64,000 nucleotides of DNA from Methanomassiliicoccales archaeon (lineage in GTDB: Archaea; Thermoplasmatota; Thermoplasmata; Methanomassiliicoccales; JACIVX01): assembly GCA_050010535.1 (NCBI GenBank), contig JBEKKT010000001.1:1372-65371 (forward strand), given 5' to 3'. A program made the position numbers and the translations under genes. The number at the start of each line of letters is the position of its first letter. Position 1 is the stretch's first letter. The notes beneath the pieces are model-generated. The model was given only the letters and a program-made list of their open reading frames with translations. It ran no database searches and was not told the origin of the DNA. This document shows positions 27,414 to 37,650 of this stretch, one piece after another.

Positions 27414-28943
27414 ATGCGACCCCGTCTGAGGATGAAGGGATCAAAAATCACGCCAAAGAACCTCGAAAAAGAACTGCTTGAGAAGGCGAAGAGGCTGGCC
27501 GAGAATCCCAAAATCCTCATGCCTACCTGTCAGGAGCCTTGCAGGAGGTGCGATTTCGACGGCCTTCTGAGGAAGATGGAGAGCATTGCGAGGTTCAAGA
27601 ACGAACCAGAGAAGCTCGTCTCATTGGCCAACTGGGGGGATCAGCTAGTTAGGGCTTACGCTGCGACGATCTCTTTGGCCGCGGCTGGAAAGATCCCATA
27701 TCTTGCCGTTATCAACCTGCCGACCGGAGAGGTCTCTTATGCACTCCGTGGTAAGGTCGATAAAGAGAAGCTTATAGGGATCGAGTACTTCGATGACCCT
27801 GATCTGAGGCTGCTGGCCTTCTGGGACATTGCAGAGAAGAGGGATCTGCACCTGTATTCCTCTTTGGACAAGTTCTCTTGCTCCTCGGAGCCAAGCGCTC
27901 CCGTCGAATACGTCAGAGAAATGATCTCCACGGCACCCTACAAGATCAATCGTCAGAACAAGTGCCCCCATCCCGATTCGAATATCTCCTTGAACGTGGT
28001 CTGGAAATCCCCCAACGTCACTGTTTCAGTATGTCAGGAGTGCCTTTCGGACGTGAACCTTCTGCATCACCTTGCGAGCAGAATCGCAGCCAGAGACCCC
28101 ACCGACGATTTTGAGATCGAGGTGGAATATGAACTTGAATGCAGGTCGAACTGCTCCAGATGCCTGGTGAAGGAACCGTATCATATGAGCTCCGGCCTCA
28201 GAGAGGAGTACTTTGAGGGCGAGATCGACGACAAGACCGTCGTGGAGAAGTTCGTGAGAGAGAAGCTCGCTGGACTCAAAGGATTAGGAGAGGAGCTATT
28301 CGTCGCCGGCAGCAAATGCTTCGGGAGCGACAAGAAGGCGTTCATAGAGCACATCCGGGGAAGCGAAACCGAGAAGGCTGCCCTGTCTGGGCTGATTTCC
28401 TCGACGAGAATGTCGATAATATCCATGACCGACCAGGCTGGGAGAATCGTCTCCGATATTTGGGAGGAGCACGGCGAGAGATTGCTTTCTCAAATCGCCT
28501 CACCTACCGTCGTTGAGAGCCTAAGACGAGAGAACTCCGGTCTCGCACCATCTCAGCTCATACAAGAAGCCGGGAGATTGGAGATGGCAAGAGGCGTCCA
28601 TTCCTCGCTTCCTGAGTACACAATGCTTGGAGAAGTCGGGAAATACGCCGACAGGCTTGCGAGACTGTGCAAGACTGGGGGAAAGAGCGCAGTGGCGAGG
28701 TTGATAGAGAGAGAGAAGCACAGGGAGCACAGGCTCAGGGCGGTCTCCTATGGCTTCCTTGTTGCTATCGGAGAATCGGAAGGGAAGGCATGGCAGTTCA
28801 CGAAGGAAGAGATGGATTTCGGGTCCTACTTATCGACCTTCGCATCCAAGCTTTTACAAAGTGATGGAGAGGAATACCACATTGCGCTTCAGCTTATTGT
28901 GCAAGCTAGCGGATCGATCGAACAGGTCGAGATGAAGCACTAG
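27414..28943 (+). CDS. Hypothetical Cys-rich protein (509 aa)
   Basis: Long clean ORF with several Cys clusters; no family recognised. Confidence 0.75.
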   Translation: MRPRLRMKGSKITPKNLEKELLEKAKRLAENPKILMPTCQEPCRRCDFDGLLRKMESIARFKNEPEKLVSLANWGDQLVRAYAATISLAAAGKIPYLAVINLPTGEVSYALRGKVDKEKLIGIEYFDDPDLRLLAFWDIAEKRDLHLYSSLDKFSCSSEPSAPVEYVREMISTAPYKINRQNKCPHPDSNISLNVVWKSPNVTVSVCQECLSDVNLLHHLASRIAARDPTDDFEIEVEYELECRSNCSRCLVKEPYHMSSGLREEYFEGEIDDKTVVEKFVREKLAGLKGLGEELFVAGSKCFGSDKKAFIEHIRGSETEKAALSGLISSTRMSIISMTDQAGRIVSDIWEEHGERLLSQIASPTVVESLRRENSGLAPSQLIQEAGRLEMARGVHSSLPEYTMLGEVGKYADRLARLCKTGGKSAVARLIEREKHREHRLRAVSYGFLVAIGESEGKAWQFTKEEMDFGSYLSTFASKLLQSDGEEYHIALQLIVQASGSIEQVEMKH

Positions 28944-28949
28944 AAAGCG

Positions 28950-29972
28950 TCAGTCAAGGATCCTGAACTCCACAACGATATGGGATGTCGATGGGGCATA
29001 GGATTTGACCTCCCTTATTCCGAGTATCTCATGTCTTCTTCCGGCGGTGGCTTCGGACACCCTGCTCAAGGGCCTGTTGGGAAGGAGGTCAATTGGGCAC
29101 GTTTCATGATAGTAGACTATGCATCCTGGGCGTCCGAGACTGATGGCTTTCACCAGGAACTTGTCTGTCGTTCCAACGTACCCCATTATCACTCGGTCCG
29201 CGAACCCCTCCCCTGCGAGGTCATGATTGTCGCCTAGGACGGGGACGACCCTGCCCTCCACGTGATTGATTCTGATGTTCTCTCTCAGGTAGCAATAAGC
29301 AACTGGATTCATCTCGCAGGCGACGACCTTCTCTGCCCCGGCATGGACCGTCAAAGGAAGTGTGAGGTAGCCGATGCCGGCGAACATGTCGACGACCGTC
29401 TGCCCTCTGCAGTCGAGTTCGCCCATTCTCTTCCGCTCGTCAACGTTTCCGGAGGAGAACATTATCCTGGCAACGTCGAACTTGTAGTAGATTCCGTTCT
29501 CCAGATGCACAGTCTCCGTCTCCTTCCCGTACAGGATACGCAGGTTGGGAGTACGGTAGGTTCCGGTGATTATGCCAACTTCCTCGCAAACCGTCTTCGC
29601 TCTGAGTACCTTGGCGTATTTCCTAGCAACCTCGGACTTAACGCTCTCGAGCTCGCTGGGAATTCGGAGGACCAGGACGTCCCCCAGCATCTCCCACTTC
29701 ACAGGCAGAAAAGGTTTCAATGAATCATCGATTCCAATCTCATCGAGGATGCGCTTGTACGGGGAGACGCGGCAAATTTGCTCCTCGCCGGAGCCGTCCA
29801 CGATCTTAAAGCCAATCTCATTGGCCAGACCCTCGGTCACACTCTCCCTAACCGGAACGAACACGTAGTCGCCGTTCTCGAAAATACTGAGATCCTTCCT
29901 GGCAGCTCTGGACAAGAATAGCTTCTTCCTGACGGTCTCGGCTCTTAGCTTTGGGATCTTTGCCAGCTTCAT
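28950..29972 (-). CDS. Trm5/Taw2 (Met-10+) family tRNA-modifying SAM transferase
   Basis: ENGIYYKFD..IMFSSGN, DMFAGIGY, EMNP, DRVIMGY, VKSYAP. Confidence 0.88.
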   Translation of the reverse strand: MKLAKIPKLRAETVRKKLFLSRAARKDLSIFENGDYVFVPVRESVTEGLANEIGFKIVDGSGEEQICRVSPYKRILDEIGIDDSLKPFLPVKWEMLGDVLVLRIPSELESVKSEVARKYAKVLRAKTVCEEVGIITGTYRTPNLRILYGKETETVHLENGIYYKFDVARIMFSSGNVDERKRMGELDCRGQTVVDMFAGIGYLTLPLTVHAGAEKVVACEMNPVAYCYLRENIRINHVEGRVVPVLGDNHDLAGEGFADRVIMGYVGTTDKFLVKAISLGRPGCIVYYHETCPIDLLPNRPLSRVSEATAGRRHEILGIREVKSYAPSTSHIVVEFRILD

Positions 29973-30024
29973 TCGAGAAGTTCAGAAGGTTGCGCATATT
30001 TCATGTTTTTCATTCGATCGGAGA

Positions 30025-31194
30025 TCATTTCCCTAGCAGCGAGCCGAGTATCTGCGGAGAGAACTTGAGCAAGGAAGGTATGGACCTGAGGATGCTCGGC
30101 GCTAGTCTGCTGGGATAATCGATGTCACCTTGCGACAGAATCTCAAGGACGTCCTTCCGATTCATTAGCTTTCCGACCTCGTCGAGCTTCTGATCGCTCA
30201 ACCTGACAAATACCTTCCGTATCCTGTAGCCCTTGTCAATCTCCTTGCCAACATCAGACCTCCATCTATCCTGATATCTCGACATCATGCGGGATGAGAA
30301 ATCATTCCGCTCGAGAGACTCCGCCGCTGTCTTGGCGGCGCACTCTGCGGCTACCATCCCGGTGTACAACCCTCCACCGCTGAGAGGTTTCGCCTGGGCC
30401 GCTGCGTCCCCTACGACCATGATTCGATCGGCGTAGGTGCTCTGCGGGGGTCCGACGGGGATTATGCCGGAGATGGAGCTCAATCGCTCCGCCCCGCCCA
30501 ATCCCGCTGTCTTTAGAAAAGAGGACAGGAATCTGCTTGGGGCGCCGTATCTCCCACCCACGCAAAGCCCGACTCGCGTGAAGTCCCCACATGGTATCAT
30601 CCAGGCGAAGAACCCTGGGGCGATCTTTTGTCCGAGATAAACCTGGATGCGATCCTGATCCTCAAGCCTGCGATTGATGTCGGCTTGTATTCCCCTAACC
30701 ATGTCTCTCGGTTGACCTATGCCAGCGACGCTTCCGACGCACGACTTGTAGCCATCACTCCCAACAAGCAGACTGGCACGAAGCGTCTTCTTCTCACCTC
30801 TTGACACTGTCTCCACGATCACAGAGTCCCGATCCCGGGTGAATGAAGTGAACCTAGTACAGGTCATGAATTCAGCGCCTGCCTCGAGCGCCTTCTCATA
30901 GCATGCGACGTCGAAGGCGCTTCTGTCGACCACCAACGCCTTTGTCTCCTTCCCGTTGAGCTCGATCGAGGTACCGCCCGGAAAATGCACGGCCCCGCCG
31001 CTAATCCGATTCAAGACCGTCTCCTCTGCGCATGCCGTCTCCACGACCCTTGGGGTCACGAGACCCGCGCACTGCACAGGCGTACCGATCTCGGCATGCT
31101 CTTCCAGAACGAGTGTTCGCATCGACCTTGCGGCAAGGGCTGCGACCCTACTTCCTATGGGCCCCCCTCCGACGACGATTAGGTCCGAATCCAT
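30025..31194 (-). CDS. Geranylgeranyl reductase family (digeranylgeranylglycerophospholipid reductase)
   Basis: VGGGPIG, PVQCAG, FAWMIP, VGDAA..KPLSGGG. Confidence 0.9.
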   Translation of the reverse strand: MDSDLIVVGGGPIGSRVAALAARSMRTLVLEEHAEIGTPVQCAGLVTPRVVETACAEETVLNRISGGAVHFPGGTSIELNGKETKALVVDRSAFDVACYEKALEAGAEFMTCTRFTSFTRDRDSVIVETVSRGEKKTLRASLLVGSDGYKSCVGSVAGIGQPRDMVRGIQADINRRLEDQDRIQVYLGQKIAPGFFAWMIPCGDFTRVGLCVGGRYGAPSRFLSSFLKTAGLGGAERLSSISGIIPVGPPQSTYADRIMVVGDAAAQAKPLSGGGLYTGMVAAECAAKTAAESLERNDFSSRMMSRYQDRWRSDVGKEIDKGYRIRKVFVRLSDQKLDEVGKLMNRKDVLEILSQGDIDYPSRLAPSILRSIPSLLKFSPQILGSLLGK

Positions 31195-31325
31195 CTACTC
31201 GAAGGAACCATTCTGGGCTATTTGTTGTTTTGGATTTCCTGGAAGATCTGATTTAGCCGGGAACAGGCGTTTCTGAAGAGATTGTATCATCGATTAATCC
31301 ACGCAACGGATGTATGGGCCCGAAC

Positions 31326-32918
31326 TCATCGCCCATCGTTCGAGGCGAACCTGTCCTTCGTCCTAAACTGACCCTCATACATCGCCCGCATTGTCTCGAT
31401 CGTATCCGCGTCCGGGGGATCCTTGTCCTGACGGATGTTCTTGATTCTCGCGAAGCGCAGGGTCAGACCCGATTGGTAAGTTGGACTCTCTTGGATCTCG
31501 TCGAACGCCACCTCAACCACCAGCGTGGGCCTCACCTCCACTACGTGCTCCGACTTCCTAACAGCGGTGGCCAACAGACGCTCCGTCATCCACTTGAACT
31601 CTTCGTCCGTCAGCCCCTTGAAGGTCTTCCCCACCATCGAATAGCCCTCCCCCGAGACCGCAGCCAGGTGATAGTCGCTCAGCCATCCCTCCCTTTTTCC
31701 GTATCCCCATTCGGCCGCAATGATCACAAGATCGAGGGTCTGGCTCTTCTTGACTTTCAACCACTTCTTCCCCCTTCTTCCGACGGCGTAGACGCTCTGG
31801 AGGTCCTTCGCCATCAACCCTTCGTGCCCCTCGCTGAGTGCGCGGTTATAGAAATCGATGGCGACCATTGGGTCTGCGGTGACCGTGCGAGGCACGAGCA
31901 GATCGCCCGGAACGGTCCTCTCGAGGATGCTCCAACGATCTCGTAGAACAACATTGACCAAAGATTCGCGTTCCTTCATCAATATGTCGAAGACATATAG
32001 TTTCACTGGGACGGTCTCCTGAAGACCTCTTATGTCATGGACCTTCGTGATCCTCCTCATGACGTGCTGGAAAGGCAAAGGACGTTCGCGGAACGCGATC
32101 ACCTCCCCCTCAAGGATCGTGATCTCGTCCGTCAGCGATTTCCTGATCAGGTCGACGATTTCCGGGAGGCTATCCGTGAGATCGGTCAACCGGCGGCTGT
32201 AGATCCTGACTTCGTTCCCTTTCTTGTGGATTTGAACCCGTGCACCGTCGAGTTTGAACTCAAAGGCAGCCTTCTTCAGGATCGATAGGGCCTCTTCGAC
32301 CGATCCAACGGATTCGGCGAGCATCGGCTTGATCGGGACACAAGGCACAGGACCTATTCGCTCCAATGCGGCGGGTCCACTGAGTATGGCGATCTCCGCT
32401 GTTCTCGCGATGTCACCGGAAAGCATGTAGGCATTTCTTATCCCTTCGAGATCGTGTGCTCCGGAGGCGAGAGCGATGGAATCGAGGACGGTGCCATCGT
32501 TCACCCCTGTTCGCATCTCCCCAAAAACACTCCTCGCAATGCACTCTCTCTCCTTGGCGGTGACCCGGCCGAAGAGGTTCTGAAGCAGATGCTCCTTCAC
32601 TCTCCTCGATCCGGCTCCCTGAGCCCCGGCAATCTTATCCAGAATCGCGATCACACCGTTCAGAGTGAGCTCCTCCTCGAGAAGCATGCTCTGCTTCTTG
32701 CTCGACCAAGCCTTGCTGATCGTTGCGTATCCAATGTCGAGGTTCCTTGAGTCAGACTCGGGGAAGGCTCGTCCAAGCGTCAGCAGCACTGCGGGTCTGA
32801 TTTCATCACGATCGACCGAGAGGAGGAAGTTGGCGAGAATCTCCGCCTTCTTCTTGCGGCTGCTGGTTGACTCGAGCTGCTCGCACAGGTCGGCAAACGC
32901 GCGGATGGATGTTGGCAA
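31326..32918 (-). CDS. lig: ATP-dependent DNA ligase
   Basis: EFKLDGARVQIH (motif I), EGLMAK, WLKVK, LRFAR. Confidence 0.93.
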   Translation of the reverse strand: MPTSIRAFADLCEQLESTSSRKKKAEILANFLLSVDRDEIRPAVLLTLGRAFPESDSRNLDIGYATISKAWSSKKQSMLLEEELTLNGVIAILDKIAGAQGAGSRRVKEHLLQNLFGRVTAKERECIARSVFGEMRTGVNDGTVLDSIALASGAHDLEGIRNAYMLSGDIARTAEIAILSGPAALERIGPVPCVPIKPMLAESVGSVEEALSILKKAAFEFKLDGARVQIHKKGNEVRIYSRRLTDLTDSLPEIVDLIRKSLTDEITILEGEVIAFRERPLPFQHVMRRITKVHDIRGLQETVPVKLYVFDILMKERESLVNVVLRDRWSILERTVPGDLLVPRTVTADPMVAIDFYNRALSEGHEGLMAKDLQSVYAVGRRGKKWLKVKKSQTLDLVIIAAEWGYGKREGWLSDYHLAAVSGEGYSMVGKTFKGLTDEEFKWMTERLLATAVRKSEHVVEVRPTLVVEVAFDEIQESPTYQSGLTLRFARIKNIRQDKDPPDADTIETMRAMYEGQFRTKDRFASNDGR

Positions 32919-32996
32919 CGTCGAGAGTGAACGGTCGATGGACTATTGTAACTTACCTTGAGATAACCGAGTAACAAGCGATCGAAACAGCAAGAA

Positions 32997-33644
32997 TCAG
33001 CGCTTCGAAACCTCCTGCCAATCATGCATGAATCTCTCTATCCCAGCATCGGTCAGGGGATGCTTGAACATCTTCTTCAGGACATCGTAGGGAATCGTTG
33101 CAATTTGAGCTCCCATTATCGCCGCCTCGACAACATGTCTAGGGTGTCTTACGCTCGCCACGATTACCTCCGCATCGAAGTCGTAGTTGTCCAGGATGTT
33201 AAGGATCTGCGCCACGACGTCCATTCCGTCGTGGCCTACGTCGTCCAAACGCCCGACGAACGGCGAAATGTACTTGGCACCAGCCTTGCATGCGAGCAAC
33301 GCCTGAGCCGGAGAGAAGACGAGCGTCATGTTGACCTTGATGCCTTCTTTCGACAGCATCTTAGTCGCTTTGAGGCCGTCCTCTGTAATCGGGATCTTGA
33401 CAACGATGTTCTTGTGTACGGCGGCGAGTTTCCTCGCTTCCTTGACTATGTCATCGACCTTGGTGCTGATGACCTCGGCGCTTATCGGCCCGTCGACGAT
33501 CTCGCAGATCTCCCTCACCAGCGTGTCGAAGTTCGTCTTCTCCTTCGCTACTAGAGTCGGATTCGTCGTCACGCCGTCCAAAATCCCCCAGCTGTTTACT
33601 TCCCTGATCTGTTCGATATTAGCGCTGTCGATGAATATCTTCAT
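32997..33644 (-). CDS. tal: Transaldolase (short type)
   Basis: GVTTNP, VVKIP, SPFVGR; co-oriented with transketolase. Confidence 0.92.
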   Translation of the reverse strand: MKIFIDSANIEQIREVNSWGILDGVTTNPTLVAKEKTNFDTLVREICEIVDGPISAEVISTKVDDIVKEARKLAAVHKNIVVKIPITEDGLKATKMLSKEGIKVNMTLVFSPAQALLACKAGAKYISPFVGRLDDVGHDGMDVVAQILNILDNYDFDAEVIVASVRHPRHVVEAAIMGAQIATIPYDVLKKMFKHPLTDAGIERFMHDWQEVSKR

Positions 33645-34589
33645 CTAGATCTTCCTCCGGATCACTTCTTCTGCGGATTCAACAATCCTGGCGCTCGTTA
33701 GACCATACTTGACCATCAATTCTTCACTCTCGCCCGATTCGCCGAATGTGTCAGGAATCCCGACCCTCCGCATTAAACAGCCTCCATGCTCTGCTAGGAA
33801 TGTTCCGACGGCGCTGCCAAGCCCCGTCAACATGTTGTGCTCCTCAGCTGTGACGATACCCCCAGTTCTCTTCACTGCCTTGGCAACCGTCTCCTCGTCG
33901 AGAGGCTTAATCGTGCTCATGTTCACGACATGCGCAGATATGCCCTTCTTATGTAATTCGTCGGCGGCGTCCAGGCATAGCGCCAGCATCTGGCCCGTAC
34001 CGATGAGGGAGACGTCCTCTCCTTCCCTTATCTCAGTCGCCTTGCCAATCGTGAAGGGAGAATCCGCCGTCGTGACGACTGGGAAGTCGACCCTACCCAG
34101 GCGAACATAGCACGGCCCGGGACGGTCGACCACCGCCTTGGTGGCCTTGTATGTCTCTATCGCGTCTGCGGGAATGATGACGGTCATATCCGGAAGGGTC
34201 CGCATGAGTGCGACGTCCTCCGCAGTCTGATGCGAAGCTCCGTCCCCGCCCACCGTAATCCCTGCATGGGTCGCGACGATCTTTACGTTGAACTTCGGAT
34301 AGCAAATCGACTGCCTGATCTGATCCCAGCATCTGCCGGTCGCGAAGACTGCGAAAGAAGATGCAAAAACGATCTTACCGCTCGCTGCCAGTCCAGCTGC
34401 CGTTCCCATCATGTCCTGCTCTGCGATGCCGCAGTTGAAGAACCTACCCGGGAACTTGCTCCCAAAGTCACTCGTCCGAGTCGAGCTCGAGAGGTCCGCG
34501 TCTAAGACAACGACGTCGCTCCGGGACTGCCCAATCTCCACGAGGGCCTTGCCGTACGCCTTCCTCTGGCTGGCGAGGGTCCAGTTCAT
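33645..34589 (-). CDS. Transketolase, C-terminal subunit
   Basis: DADL, GIAEQ, DGASHQ, EEH; ATG 34589 overlaps the upstream stop. Confidence 0.93.
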   Translation of the reverse strand: MNWTLASQRKAYGKALVEIGQSRSDVVVLDADLSSSTRTSDFGSKFPGRFFNCGIAEQDMMGTAAGLAASGKIVFASSFAVFATGRCWDQIRQSICYPKFNVKIVATHAGITVGGDGASHQTAEDVALMRTLPDMTVIIPADAIETYKATKAVVDRPGPCYVRLGRVDFPVVTTADSPFTIGKATEIREGEDVSLIGTGQMLALCLDAADELHKKGISAHVVNMSTIKPLDEETVAKAVKRTGGIVTAEEHNMLTGLGSAVGTFLAEHGGCLMRRVGIPDTFGESGESEELMVKYGLTSARIVESAEEVIRRKI

Positions 34590-35437
34590 CAATCTTCCCC
34601 CAGTTCCATGAGACCGCGCTTGAGCTCGTCCTCGTTCGGGGCCTTGCCGTGGAACGGGACCGAGTTCTCCATGAAGGAGACACCCTTTCCCTTGATCGTG
34701 TGGGCGATAATCATTGTCGGCCTGCCCTTCACCTCCTTTGCTCTGTCGCAAGCGTCAAAGATCTGCTTCACGTCATGGCCATCGATCTCGATGATGTTCC
34801 AGCCGAACGCGTCCCACTTCTTCGCTATCGGCTCAATCGACATGATTTTCTCAGTCGGGCCGTCGATCTGCAGTCTGTTCCTGTCAAGGAACGCAGTCAC
34901 ATTGTCGAGCCTGTAATGAGCGCCGAGCATCGCGGCTTCCCAGACCTGGCCGCTTTGCATCTCCCCGTCGCCGCAGAGGCAGAAGACTCGATATGATCTG
35001 TTGTCCAGCTTGGCGGCGAGCGCCATGCCGTTTGCGACGCTCAATCCTTGACCTAAAGACCCGGTTGACATCTCCACGCCAGGCGTCCTGTTCCGGGACG
35101 GGTGTCCTTGAAGTCGGCCGCCCAGCTTGCGGAGCGTAATAAGCTCCTGCACCGGGAAATAACCGCTCTCCGCCAGCGCAGCATAGTAGGCTGGAGCGGC
35201 GTGACCTTTTGAAAGCACAAACCGGTCCCTGTCCTCCCAATTGGGGTACTGGGGCCTGTGATTCATGACCTTGAAGTAGAGTGCGGAAAGAATGTCCGCG
35301 CACGAAAGAGATCCCCCTGGATGTCCAGAGCCGGCGGCGAAGGTCATGCGAAGAACATGACGGCGGATGAGGTTCGCCTTCTGTTGCAAGAGATCGATGT
35401 CTTCGTCGCTGCAATTGGCCAAAGCCGCGCACCTCAC
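34589..35437 (-). CDS. Transketolase, N-terminal subunit
   Basis: SGHPGGSLS, LSKGH, GSLGQG, GDGE..N TPP motif. Confidence 0.93.
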   Translation of the reverse strand: MRCAALANCSDEDIDLLQQKANLIRRHVLRMTFAAGSGHPGGSLSCADILSALYFKVMNHRPQYPNWEDRDRFVLSKGHAAPAYYAALAESGYFPVQELITLRKLGGRLQGHPSRNRTPGVEMSTGSLGQGLSVANGMALAAKLDNRSYRVFCLCGDGEMQSGQVWEAAMLGAHYRLDNVTAFLDRNRLQIDGPTEKIMSIEPIAKKWDAFGWNIIEIDGHDVKQIFDACDRAKEVKGRPTMIIAHTIKGKGVSFMENSVPFHGKAPNEDELKRGLMELGED

Positions 35438-35568
35438 CCCGTTACCTGGGAGAATTGGACAATACCACGGTGCGATTAAAAACCTTCTGTGCGCGCAAAG
35501 TGGCAGCTTCGAAGAGACCCGCCAGGAACAGCTAGCATTTAAGTTGCACAGTCCGATATATCACCCCG

Positions 35569-36345
35569 ATGACTGTCCCTTTCGGAGTCCCGTACGGGGG
35601 CAACAAGACCCTGGCAAAGGTCGTTGAGAAGATAAACCAAGATCAGGAGACGATGGCTCTCTGGCGAGCCTCCAACATCACAGCGATAGACAGGATGGGA
35701 TTCAACGACCATGGGCCTACTCATGTCAGGATTGTCGCAAAGATAGCGCTGAACATGTTGCGAATCCTCATTGAGAGTGGGGAAAAGCCGAACGTCGTCA
35801 CGGATCACAAAATGAAGAATGATGACGCGGAAGTTGTCGTCGTACTGGCGTGCGCACTGCACGACATCGGCCACTCGATACATCGACTCAAGCACGAGGA
35901 GCTATCGCTGATCCTGGCCCCTCCGATCATAAGGCGGCTACTTACCGACATATATCCGGAGCCCGCCCTCACTACACTGATAGTCGAGACCATGCATGCA
36001 ATGATCTGTCACAACGCGGAGTTCACACCACTAACGCTCGAGGCGGCGGTCACGAGAGTGGCGGACGCGCTCGACATGGAGAAGGGGAGGGCGAGGATAC
36101 CTTTCAGGGCAGGAAGCATCAACATCCACTCCGTTTCGGCCCTGGCAATCGACAAGGTTCGGGTCACAAAAGGCGAAGAAAGACCAGTGAAGATAGAAAT
36201 AGAGATGAACAACTCGGCAGGCATCTACCAGATAGACGAGCTACTGAAGGATAAGATAGAAAAGTGCGGGATAAGGGACAAGATCATGATTGTCATCCAA
36301 GCGCCCGACCAAGAGATGAAGATAATCGAGGATCTCAGGCTCTAA
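35569..36345 (+). CDS. HD domain phosphohydrolase
   Basis: NDHG..H, LHDIGH, ADALDMEKGRAR. Confidence 0.85.
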   Translation: MTVPFGVPYGGNKTLAKVVEKINQDQETMALWRASNITAIDRMGFNDHGPTHVRIVAKIALNMLRILIESGEKPNVVTDHKMKNDDAEVVVVLACALHDIGHSIHRLKHEELSLILAPPIIRRLLTDIYPEPALTTLIVETMHAMICHNAEFTPLTLEAAVTRVADALDMEKGRARIPFRAGSINIHSVSALAIDKVRVTKGEERPVKIEIEMNNSAGIYQIDELLKDKIEKCGIRDKIMIVIQAPDQEMKIIEDLRL

Positions 36346-37079
36346 TCGCTCTCGATTCTCGGGGCAAGGAGATAATCCACCGTTCCCTTTCCGTCTGCCA
36401 TCGTGAATTCGAGCTTGACGGGGTAGTCACTTCCGATGCTTAGAGTCACGACGGTTCCAGCGGGGATCGCCCTCACCATGTTCGAGAAGTAGTCGAGCGG
36501 GAAAAGGCTCCGGACCTTATCCTTGCACTCCAACGATACCAAGAGGTCTTTCGGCAGCTTCAGACTGACCGAGTCGGTCTCGCCCTCGGAAAACATCTCG
36601 AAACCGTCCGGAGACGCGGTCAAAGCAATATGGTCCGATACACTCTCTGCCGCCTTTATTCCCTTCTGCAGCTCGTCTGAGTTCACCCCGACTTTTGCTG
36701 GGAGGTTAATATTGGGAACCTTTGGGTCAGACATACCAGTGGTGTCAACGAGGTTCATCCTGCGTGTTATGTTTCCGACATTGATCACGAGGCGATTGCG
36801 CTCTTCGTCCTGCTTCAGCTCTATGACCTCGCCCGCCTTGGAAAGCCTCAAGACTTCCTTCATCTTGTCCAAATCCACTCCGAGCTCGGTCTCGTCCGCG
36901 GAATACTCGTCGAATGCGTCCTTCTGAACGGTCATATTGACCATCGCGACGTGCGCGGGATCGACGGCCTTCAGAGTGAGCTTGTCAACAGCGACATTGA
37001 ACTTTGCCTCGTCAACAAGGGTGGAGACGATATCAACGATTCCTTTTAAGGTCTCAGATTTCACCTTAGCATGAAGCAT
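36342..37079 (-). CDS. pcn: DNA polymerase sliding clamp PCNA
   Basis: AVDPAHVAM, LLAPRIE C-terminus, 245 aa. Confidence 0.95.
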   Translation of the reverse strand: MLHAKVKSETLKGIVDIVSTLVDEAKFNVAVDKLTLKAVDPAHVAMVNMTVQKDAFDEYSADETELGVDLDKMKEVLRLSKAGEVIELKQDEERNRLVINVGNITRRMNLVDTTGMSDPKVPNINLPAKVGVNSDELQKGIKAAESVSDHIALTASPDGFEMFSEGETDSVSLKLPKDLLVSLECKDKVRSLFPLDYFSNMVRAIPAGTVVTLSIGSDYPVKLEFTMADGKGTVDYLLAPRIESD

Positions 37080-37151
37080 CAGTTTCCCCCCAACATCCCT
37101 GTAAACGCATATGCGATAATAAATCTTCCTTAGCAGAAAAACATGCTGGAA

Positions 37152-37451
37152 TCAGTATTCCCGCCAGGAATGACCACACTTGGTGCACCGATAAATCCGG
37201 GTTTCCGGCTCATCAGCTGCCCTCGTTTGCCGAAGCACCCAAAAGGCCTCGTTGTGCCCACACTTAGGACACTCGACCTGAGTCTTCGGGAGCGTGGGAG
37301 CGTTCGAGTCGATTATCGCCATTTCCTTCTCCCTTAGCTTCGTAGTGAACTTCTGGTTCTCCCCATCCATCTTCTGCTCCTTTCCACATTTGCTGCACCT
37401 GAAGACACCATCCCTAGGGAACATCAATGACCTGCATTCCGAACAGAACAT
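37152..37451 (-). CDS. tfs: Transcription factor S
   Basis: Two Zn ribbons; QTRAADEPET. Confidence 0.93.
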   Translation of the reverse strand: MFCSECRSLMFPRDGVFRCSKCGKEQKMDGENQKFTTKLREKEMAIIDSNAPTLPKTQVECPKCGHNEAFWVLRQTRAADEPETRIYRCTKCGHSWREY

Positions 37452-37650
37452 TTCTCTATCGCCGATTTGCTGGGAAAAGGGTAATCGTATAAAAAACCTT
37501 CTGTATCATAATCGATGATCCAAAGATCGTGTTACAAGACGCCCTGTGGCATAGTCCGACCATGCAGGATCGTCCCCTACGACTATGAGAACATTCCACT
37601 CCATGATAAAAAGATAGGGGGAGAATCCCCCAGAAGCGTGACCCAGACGC

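Noticed and set aside
32997-35437. Transketolase/transaldolase operon in an archaeon
   Set aside because: The non-oxidative pentose phosphate pathway is expected in Thermoplasmata.
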